In this document: piece by piece, positions 36,367 to 43,414 of the stretch | Layout of the letters: each line of letters begins with the position of its first letter | How positions within the stretch are numbered: position 1 is the first letter of the stretch | Source of the DNA: Cocleimonas sp. | Lineage (GTDB): Bacteria > Pseudomonadota > Gammaproteobacteria > Thiotrichales > Thiotrichaceae | DNA length: 43,414 nucleotides | Direction of reading: 5' to 3' | NCBI GenBank assembly: GCA_023146545.1 | Contig: JAGLBW010000070.1 | Coordinates: forward strand, 1 to 43,414 | The notes under the pieces: generated by a model | Database searches by the model: none | Seen by the model: the letters and a program-made list of their open reading frames with translations, nothing else | Told to the model about the DNA's origin: nothing | Translations under genes and position numbers: made by a program

Positions 36367-39141
36367 ATGATGCATAATAAAAAACACGGTTTGACCAGAA
36401 CTAAATACGCCTTAGCGGGTGGTCTCCTTTGCCTTTCGATTGGAGTGGTTTCACCAAGTTATGCGGAAGACGCTCAACTTAATCTGAAAGATGTTGATAT
36501 AAAAGCATTGATTGATATGGTTTCTCGTATCACTAAAAAAACCTTTATCGTTGATCCCCGTATTAATGGCAAAGTCACTATTATTACAGGGCGCGATATC
36601 AGTAACGAGGAGTTGTATGAAACCTTTTTATCGGTGCTTCAAGTCCATAATTTTTCGGCGGTACAAACAGGCAAATTAATTAAGATTGTGCCGTCTAATC
36701 AGGCGAAGCAATTACCGATTCCTGTGATTGAATCAGCTGCAGAGTTAAGAACGAAAAAGCCTGATGATTTAATTACACGGGTGATTCGTGTTGAGCATGT
36801 TCCTGCCTCGATGCTCGTGCCTATTTTACGCCCATTGGTTCCCAGTACAGGACAATTACAAGCTTATGCCCCCAGTAATACCATTTTAATTGCGGATCGT
36901 GCTGCTAATATTGAGCGTCTTGTTAAGATCATTCGCAAGATGGATCGAGCTGATGATGAGCAAATGGAGGTTGTCCCTTTAAAATATGCTTCGGCAACAG
37001 AGTTAGTAAAAACGATTCAGTTATTGAATAAAAACAGTAATAAAATGGTGTATCAGGGGAAGAAAAAAACTAAAATATCAGCGGACGAACGGACAAATAG
37101 CCTGTTGTTAGGCGGTGATAAATCGATTCGCCAAGAAATGCGTAAAGTCATTCGGGATTTAGATAGACCCAAAAAAGCACTTGAGGTGATTGAGCTAAAA
37201 TATGCAGTTGCCGCGGATCTTGCTAAAACAATTCAAGATATTCAAAAAACACGCTCCTCACTTAAAGGGGGTGTCGTTGCACGAAAGCCTGTTATTTCGG
37301 TCGATTCTCGTACAAATAGTCTACTTTTAGGGGGCGATGAAAATACCCGTCGTCAAATCAAACGTATTATCAAAAGTCTTGATACCCCTAAAAGAGCGCT
37401 TGAAGTAATTGAACTGCGTTATGCGGTTGCTCAGGATTTAGCACAAACGATTAAAGATATTCAGGCAACCTCCTCCAATGCCAAGGGTGTGACGACCCGA
37501 AAACCGATTATTTCTGTCGATAAGCGTACCAATAGCTTATTGCTTGGTGGCGATACTTCAACCCGTCAGCAAATTAAACGGATTATTAAAAATTTAGATA
37601 CTCCAAGGCAAATTGAAGAGAAAACCAAGGTAGTTTACCTCCGCTACGCTAAAGCCGTTGATATTGCCAAGGTACTCACTGGCGTTTCTAAAACACAAAA
37701 AACAGCGAAAGCGAACGGTAAAGGTGCGGCTGGTACGGTAGCCGCTGAGATTGATATTCAGGCGGATGAATCGACCAATTCATTAATCATTACGGCTAAT
37801 AAATTAGCGCATGCCAATTTAGCTAAAGTCATTCGGCAACTTGATGTTCGCCGCGCCCAAGTCATGGTCGAAGTAATTATTGCCGAGGTCTCAGAGAACC
37901 TCTCAAAAGAAATTGGTGTACAACTCGCTTTCGGTGGAAAAAAAGGCACAGCCCCTGTCACTTTAACAGGTTATCCAGGAAGCAAAGTTTCACTTGCCGC
38001 TGTAGCGCAAGGAGGTGTCCCTACAGGCGCAGGCATTGTCACAGGGATTGCTAATACCGTTGGTAGCTTTAAATTTGCCGCTTTAATGAATGCATTACAA
38101 GGTGATGCGGCAACGAATATTCTGTCAACACCCAATGTTATTGCAATGGATAACGAAGAAGCCAGTTTTGTCATTGGTAAAAATGTCCCCTTTGTTACGG
38201 GTAGTTATTCGGGTACTGGAGCATCGTCTAGCCCTTCAAACCCTTTTCAAACCATTGAACGTCAAGATATTGGTCTGACCTTAAAAATCAAGCCTCAAAT
38301 CAATGAAGGCAATAGCGTGGTACTGGATATTGATCAAGAAATTTCCAGTTTAGCGGCCAGCAATGAAAGTGCTTCGGATCTCATTACCAATAAACGCTCC
38401 ATTAAAACAAAAGTCATTGTTGAAGATAATCAGATTATTGTGCTCGGTGGTTTGATGCAAGATAATTACACTACCACAACACAGAAAGTTCCAATATTAG
38501 GAGATCTTCCCTTTATTGGTAAAGCATTTCAAAATAACCGTACCACCAAGATCAAACAAAACTTAATGATCTTTATTCACCCCATTATTATGCGAGATGT
38601 GCTCAATGCGGATGGTTATACCCGCCAAAAATACAGCAAAATACGCCGCGCACAGCGTAATAGCCGTGTAACATCACGCGGAATATTAAAGCAAAAGGCG
38701 AGACGTTTCCCTAAAAGTCTCAAAACGATTACCACTCAAAAAATGACCCCCGCTCAAATTAGAGCGATGCGGTTAGCTGAGTGGGAAAAGAAGCATCCGA
38801 ATAAGGTGGTGCGTAAAAAATACCCACAATATAAAAGATCAAGCGTAAGACCCCCTCAGCCTTATCGCCCAAGAGTAGTACAACAACAGACAGCGAAGAA
38901 ATCAAATTATAGAAAACGACCTGTTATACAGCGACACCTTAAAAAGCAACAACGCCCCCTGCCTAAAAAAACACATTACAGACGACCGCCTGTAAAAAAA
39001 GCACAGGTTTATCGTCCTCGCGCTAAACCAAAACACCAACATCATGTAAAAAAAGCGGTACATGTCAAAAAACCTGCTGCTCAACAACGCAAAAAACAAC
39101 AAAGTGCCATTGATCTTATTGATCCTTTCAATAACCTATAA
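36367..39141 (+). CDS. gspD: Type II secretion system secretin GspD, atypical (extra N-domains and a long basic C-terminal tail)
   Basis: Signal peptide ends at SYA-ED. N0 reads LNLKDVDIKALIDMVSRITKKTFIVDPRINGKVTII. Several Secretin_N-type modules are present. The secretin core reads ATNILSTPNVIAMDNEEASFVIGKNVPFVTGS...KVPILGDLPFIGKAFQ...NLMIFIHPIIMRD. Confidence 0.9.
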   Translation: MMHNKKHGLTRTKYALAGGLLCLSIGVVSPSYAEDAQLNLKDVDIKALIDMVSRITKKTFIVDPRINGKVTIITGRDISNEELYETFLSVLQVHNFSAVQTGKLIKIVPSNQAKQLPIPVIESAAELRTKKPDDLITRVIRVEHVPASMLVPILRPLVPSTGQLQAYAPSNTILIADRAANIERLVKIIRKMDRADDEQMEVVPLKYASATELVKTIQLLNKNSNKMVYQGKKKTKISADERTNSLLLGGDKSIRQEMRKVIRDLDRPKKALEVIELKYAVAADLAKTIQDIQKTRSSLKGGVVARKPVISVDSRTNSLLLGGDENTRRQIKRIIKSLDTPKRALEVIELRYAVAQDLAQTIKDIQATSSNAKGVTTRKPIISVDKRTNSLLLGGDTSTRQQIKRIIKNLDTPRQIEEKTKVVYLRYAKAVDIAKVLTGVSKTQKTAKANGKGAAGTVAAEIDIQADESTNSLIITANKLAHANLAKVIRQLDVRRAQVMVEVIIAEVSENLSKEIGVQLAFGGKKGTAPVTLTGYPGSKVSLAAVAQGGVPTGAGIVTGIANTVGSFKFAALMNALQGDAATNILSTPNVIAMDNEEASFVIGKNVPFVTGSYSGTGASSSPSNPFQTIERQDIGLTLKIKPQINEGNSVVLDIDQEISSLAASNESASDLITNKRSIKTKVIVEDNQIIVLGGLMQDNYTTTTQKVPILGDLPFIGKAFQNNRTTKIKQNLMIFIHPIIMRDVLNADGYTRQKYSKIRRAQRNSRVTSRGILKQKARRFPKSLKTITTQKMTPAQIRAMRLAEWEKKHPNKVVRKKYPQYKRSSVRPPQPYRPRVVQQQTAKKSNYRKRPVIQRHLKKQQRPLPKKTHYRRPPVKKAQVYRPRAKPKHQHHVKKAVHVKKPAAQQRKKQQSAIDLIDPFNNL
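36964..37611 (+). repeat. Three tandem copies of a ~72-aa Secretin_N ring-building module inside gspD
   Basis: Copies lie at 36964-37176, 37177-37395 and 37396-37611. Copies 2 and 3 both start ALEVIEL(K/R)YAVA and share ...RTNSLLLGGD...R.QIKRIIK.LDTP. Copy 1 is more diverged (MEVVPLKYASA...RTNSLLLGGDKSIRQEMRKVIRDLDRP). Confidence 0.85.
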
Positions 39142-39156
39142 GTAAACTTTTAAATC

Positions 39157-40710
39157 ATGAAAGCAGAACCTGTAATGACAGCAGCTGATATTGAAACGAC
39201 AGAAGCTTTAGCATCTGAAGAAAATCTCATTGAAATAAAAGACTTTCCTTATACCTTTGCTAAACGTAATGGTGTTGTGGTCACTGATTTTACCGATGAT
39301 GTTTATACCGTCGCTTATAACAGTCGTTTAACGCCCTTAGTCGCAAGTGAAACCCAACGTTTTTTAGGAAAAAAAATTAGCTTTGAAACGCTAGAAGTGA
39401 ATGCCTTCAATCAATTGTTAGCCCATCATTACGATCAAAGTGGCAGTGGTGCACGTGCGATGATGGAAGATTTAGGTGATGAGCTGGATTTAAATGATGT
39501 TGCTGATTCACTACCCGAACCTGAAGATTTATTAGAAGCGGAAGATGATGCGCCGATTATTCGCTTGATCAATGCGTTATTAACACAAGCGATCAAAGAG
39601 GGCGCTTCGGATATTCATATTGAAACTTATGAAAACCGCATGACCGTGCGAATGCGGGTTGATGGTATTTTGCGTGAAATTCTAGAACCGCCTAGAGCAT
39701 TAGCACCATTAGTTATTTCACGGATCAAAGTAATGTCAAAACTAGATATTGCTGAAAAACGTGTTCCACAAGATGGACGTATCTCACTAAAAGTTGCTGG
39801 ACGTTCGGTTGATGTGCGGGTATCCACGCTACCTTCGGGTCATAACGAACGTATTGTATTACGTTTACTCGATAAACAAGCAGGGCGTTTAAACCTTAAA
39901 AATTTGGGCATGGATCCTCATGTTGAAACACGCCTGAATACACTGATCAAAAAGCCACACGGTATTATTTTGGTCACAGGCCCTACAGGCTCAGGTAAAA
40001 CCACGACACTCTATGCCGCCTTAACCGATCTTAATACCACCTCGCGTAATATTATGACGGTAGAAGACCCCATTGAGTATTACATTGATGGCATTGGGCA
40101 AACTCAGGTTAATAATAAAGTTGATATGAGCTTTTCACGGGGCTTGCGTGCTATTCTGCGCCAAGATCCTGATGTCGTGATGATTGGTGAAATCCGTGAT
40201 ATTGAAACCGCAGAAATTGCGGTACAAGCTTCACTGACAGGTCACTTGGTCTTCTCTACTTTGCATACGAATACCGCTGTAGGTTCTGTCACCCGTTTGC
40301 GTGATATGGGAGTTGAGCCTTATTTACTCTCATCCAGTTTAATCGGAGTCATCTCTCAACGGTTGGTTAGGGTACTGTGTGATCATTGTAAAAGACCGTA
40401 TACTGCGGATGCTAAAGATTGTGAAACCTTGGGTTTTGACCCAAAGAATCCACCCATTTTATATCATCCTGAAGGGTGTCCACAGTGCAATAGTTTAGGC
40501 TATAACGGACGAAATGGTATTTATGAATTGGTCGAAGTTGATGATCAATGCCGCAATATGATTCATAACGATGCCAGTGAAATTGATATTGAACGTTATG
40601 TGCACCAATCTACCCCTTCCTTACGGCAAGACGGCGCACGCTTGGTTCAAGAGGGAAAAACATCGTTAGAAGAAGTGCTTCGCGTTACCCGTGAAGATGC
40701 TAAAGTTTAA
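39157..40710 (+). CDS. gspE: Type II secretion system ATPase GspE
   Basis: Walker A GPTGSGKTTT, EDPIEY, MIGEIRD, the His box LVFSTLHTN, and the tetracysteine CDHC...CPQC. Confidence 0.93.
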   Translation: MKAEPVMTAADIETTEALASEENLIEIKDFPYTFAKRNGVVVTDFTDDVYTVAYNSRLTPLVASETQRFLGKKISFETLEVNAFNQLLAHHYDQSGSGARAMMEDLGDELDLNDVADSLPEPEDLLEAEDDAPIIRLINALLTQAIKEGASDIHIETYENRMTVRMRVDGILREILEPPRALAPLVISRIKVMSKLDIAEKRVPQDGRISLKVAGRSVDVRVSTLPSGHNERIVLRLLDKQAGRLNLKNLGMDPHVETRLNTLIKKPHGIILVTGPTGSGKTTTLYAALTDLNTTSRNIMTVEDPIEYYIDGIGQTQVNNKVDMSFSRGLRAILRQDPDVVMIGEIRDIETAEIAVQASLTGHLVFSTLHTNTAVGSVTRLRDMGVEPYLLSSSLIGVISQRLVRVLCDHCKRPYTADAKDCETLGFDPKNPPILYHPEGCPQCNSLGYNGRNGIYELVEVDDQCRNMIHNDASEIDIERYVHQSTPSLRQDGARLVQEGKTSLEEVLRVTREDAKV

Positions 40711-40750
40711 ATCGTCTAACCTACTTTAAATATTATAAAATAAAAATACC

Positions 40751-41968
40751 ATGCCAGCCTTTGAATACACGGCATTGAATGCCAAAGGACAAGAAGAAAG
40801 CGGAATGCTCGAAGCAGATACCGCCAGACAAGTTCGTCAGACCTTACGTGACGGTAAGCTTACACCTTTAAAAGTCGAACAAGTCGAAAAAGATGAACAA
40901 CAAGCCAATAGTTCGGGTGTCCGACGTGCAGGTAAAGTAACTGCTGCCGAACTGGCACTGTTCACACGCCAATTAGCCACGTTAACGCAATCAGGTTCTC
41001 CCCTTGAAGAAGCACTAGCCACAACGGCAAAGCAAACCGAACGAAAAAACTTACGACATGTTATTTCAGCGGTACGTTCTCGTGTAATCGAAGGGCATTC
41101 TTTAGCGGGCGGCTTACAAATGTTCCCCTCAGTCTTTCCTAAAATGTACATTGCAACTGTTTCCGCAGGTGAACAATCGGGTCATATTGATGTCGTCCTG
41201 GAGCGGCTCGCGGATTACACCGAAGATCGACAAGTGTTACAACAAAAAATATCAACCGCATTAGTTTACCCTGTCATTCTTACTTTTTTATCTATCGCCA
41301 TTGTGGCAGGATTACTGGGCTTTATTGTGCCTCAAATTGTTGCCGTATTTGAAAATATGGGACAGCAATTACCGGTCATGACACGGATGATTATTGCCAT
41401 GAGTGATTTTATTATTGCCTACGGTATTCATATTTTCATTGCCATTGTCATTCTAGTCATGACGTTCAAGAAAATGATCACCATTCCCAAATGGGAATAT
41501 CGTTATCACAACTTATTACTGCGTATTCCAGGGATAAAAAAAATGGTACGCGGATTAAATACCGCTCGCTTTGCGCGAACCTTAAGTATTCTTGCCTCTA
41601 GCGGTGTACCTATTTTAGATGCAATGGGGATTTCAGCACAAGTTATACAAAATGTCCCCATGCGACAAGCCGTTGATGAGGCAGCCGTTAAAGTCCGAGA
41701 AGGTAAAGCTATCCACCGTTCTTTAGAACAATCAGGTTATTTTCCACCAATGACGGTTTATCTCATTGCCAGTGGTGAAAACAGCGGTAAGTTAGATGAC
41801 ATGCTAGAAAGAGCTGCCGTTCAACAAGAACGAGAGACGGACAGTATGATGACGGGTATGCTGAGTATTTTTGAACCCATGCTTATTCTTATTATGGGGG
41901 GAGTCGTACTGACGATCGTTCTATCGATTCTATTACCAATTCTAAATCTAAATCAACTCGTTGAATAA
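40751..41968 (+). CDS. gspF: Type II secretion system inner-membrane platform protein GspF
   Basis: MPAFEYTALNAKGQE N-terminus, 405 aa, duplicated T2SSF domain and three TM segments. Confidence 0.9.
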   Translation: MPAFEYTALNAKGQEESGMLEADTARQVRQTLRDGKLTPLKVEQVEKDEQQANSSGVRRAGKVTAAELALFTRQLATLTQSGSPLEEALATTAKQTERKNLRHVISAVRSRVIEGHSLAGGLQMFPSVFPKMYIATVSAGEQSGHIDVVLERLADYTEDRQVLQQKISTALVYPVILTFLSIAIVAGLLGFIVPQIVAVFENMGQQLPVMTRMIIAMSDFIIAYGIHIFIAIVILVMTFKKMITIPKWEYRYHNLLLRIPGIKKMVRGLNTARFARTLSILASSGVPILDAMGISAQVIQNVPMRQAVDEAAVKVREGKAIHRSLEQSGYFPPMTVYLIASGENSGKLDDMLERAAVQQERETDSMMTGMLSIFEPMLILIMGGVVLTIVLSILLPILNLNQLVE

Positions 41969-42221
41969 TAAATAATATTATAATTCTTTACACAAATAAA
42001 AAGCCATTATTGCCCATTTCTTCCAACATCTATTTCTAGCCTGTTATTATATTGTGTAATCAATACCTTAGCCAACTTTGATGAAAACGCAAAATAGCTT
42101 GTTTACTCTATATAAATCAACCATTTATTGATAAAAAACAGGCTAAGATGGGGTGATTTTCATTTTGGCGAAGGTGTTGATAATCACCACCTTTATTTTA
42201 ACTTTAGAAAAGTAATCTAAT

Positions 42222-42614
42222 ATGAAAAAATGTCTTTTAATGTGTAGCTTAGCCCTTTTATTAACGGCATGCGGTAATGACACAGTATCCTTCTCTACAC
42301 AAGAAGATTCACGCCGACAAGCACTTGAAAATGCAGAGTATAATGCCCGTCATTGGCGGGATAAAAATGCGGAGAATTATAAAATACTGATGCGAGGTGA
42401 CAGCACAATCAGTAGTCGTTGTGCTCAAGGCGATGGATGGGCAACGATTGATCTAAAAAATGACGATAAACCTAATATCGAACTCAAATGTTCTACCGTA
42501 TCAGGTACCATTGGCTGTTTAACAAAAACTGATTTCCAAGGTCGGAAATATGCAAAACAAGATGGGCAGTGCAATAAAGAAATTCCCTACCCTTTACCTA
42601 AAATCCAGAAATAA
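42222..42614 (+). CDS. Cys-containing lipoprotein of unknown function
   Basis: Lipobox LLTAC, with four further Cys residues in the mature part. Confidence 0.55.
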   Translation: MKKCLLMCSLALLLTACGNDTVSFSTQEDSRRQALENAEYNARHWRDKNAENYKILMRGDSTISSRCAQGDGWATIDLKNDDKPNIELKCSTVSGTIGCLTKTDFQGRKYAKQDGQCNKEIPYPLPKIQK

Positions 42615-42628
42615 TCTATTTTAATTTT

Positions 42629-42682
42629 TGAAGGAGTCAAAAGGCATCTGACACAGGGTATAAGATCCTTTAGACTCCTTCA
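42629..42682. terminator. Long imperfect hairpin between convergent lipoprotein genes (bidirectional terminator-like)
   Basis: tgaaggagtc (42629-42638) pairs with gactccttca (42673-42682), and the stem extends inward with a mismatch and a bulge. It is flanked by an A/T-run on the left and gttttt on the right. Confidence 0.5.
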
Positions 42683-42693
42683 CAGTGTTTTTC

Positions 42694-43035
42694 TTATTCT
42701 GGGTTTTCAAAGAAGACGTAAGATGTTGAATAATCACTAAATTCAAAGTAAACCTTCTTTTCATCTTTATCAATTTTACCGTTTAAATTCGTATCCAAAA
42801 TACCGTAACCGTAACGATAAGGACGATCTTTATCATTCGCGGTTCCTGTTGCTGTTGATAGCTTATCAATTTTCATAAAACGTTTGACCAGCTTATTACC
42901 CGCATAAATTTCAAGCACACCATCCGTCCCTGTCCAGTTATTTATCGCACGGCTGAATTTATTTTGTGTTTCTTGAGTACAGGCAACTAATAAGCCCGAG
43001 ATCATTGCCATTAACAATAACGTCCTAATTTTCAT
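42694..43035 (-). CDS. Small lipoprotein with a canonical EF-hand-type calcium-binding loop
   Basis: Lipobox LLVAC. DTNLNGKIDKDE (nt 42760-42795) fits the 12-residue EF-hand loop at positions 1, 3, 5, 6, 8, 9 and 12. Confidence 0.6.
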   Translation of the reverse strand: MKIRTLLLMAMISGLLVACTQETQNKFSRAINNWTGTDGVLEIYAGNKLVKRFMKIDKLSTATGTANDKDRPYRYGYGILDTNLNGKIDKDEKKVYFEFSDYSTSYVFFENPE

Positions 43036-43265
43036 AATGCTCCCTTTATGATCATGTCATGATCTAGTTTAATATCGGGCATACCTTAACATGAATAAAA
43101 CCTATCTCAACCCTAAAAATCATCCCCTGACACCTTATTAAGCATAACTTTCACACTACACCAACGGAAAATAAGAATATATGCTTTTTCTAATATAATT
43201 TAGACTGATATAATCTTAAGCAAAGCACTTCTTCTCAATCCTTTGAACTTTTTTGGTGTTTCATA

Positions 43266-43414
43266 ATGACAACCCCCAATATTGATGCGGTAAAACAATA
43301 CCTTCTTTCCCTACAAGATTCTATTTGTGATCAACTTGCCGCCGAAGATGGGAAAGCTGATTTCATACTGGATGAATGGCAACGTCCACGAGGTGGTTCT
43401 GGAATGAGTGGTGG
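43266..43414 (+). CDS. hemF: Oxygen-dependent coproporphyrinogen III oxidase (partial, N-terminus only)
   Basis: Not in the ORF track because it runs off the window. [43 protein letters not shown] resembles the E. coli HemF N-terminus (VKQFLLNLQDTICQQL...DSWQRE.GGGG). Confidence 0.8.
   Translation, partial: MTTPNIDAVKQYLLSLQDSICDQLAAEDGKADFILDEWQRPRGGSGMSG

Noticed and set aside
36964-37611. Considered whether the ~216-nt tandem repeats could be a CRISPR-like or non-coding array
   Set aside because: They are in frame inside gspD and encode recognisable Secretin_N modules. The repeat units abut without spacers.

Overview
AT-rich proteobacterial (gammaproteobacterium-like) chromosomal window, mostly housekeeping genes: mfd, minCDE, moaC, comF, rpiA, gloA, aapJQMP, rpmB-rpmG, nadC and hemF. 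Three accessory regions interrupt this backbone. (1) 1-9.4 kb holds a partial SF1 helicase with a long unassigned N-terminal extension, then an isolated Ysc-type type III secretion module, then a tandem AP2-like DNA-binding gene. The T3SS module contains SctD, E, F, G, I, J, K and L, but its first gene encodes only the N-terminal domain of the secretin SctC fused to a DUF4124-like motif. No pore secretin, ATPase or export-gate gene is in the locus. (2) 19.6-21.2 kb holds two paralogous 75-aa single-TM proteins and a DUF11-like secreted protein. (3) 31-43 kb holds an orphan FimT/GspH-like pseudopilin, an EptA-family phosphoethanolamine transferase, an IS481-family transposase and a minimal gspDEF cluster, followed by two small lipoproteins. 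The GspD secretin has a tandem triplication of an N-ring domain and a roughly 169-aa K/R/P/Q-rich C-terminal tail. I saw no rRNA, tRNA or CRISPR array. The secretin-less T3SS module and the atypical GspD are the best candidates for something new. All homology calls come from reading motifs by eye, not from database searches.
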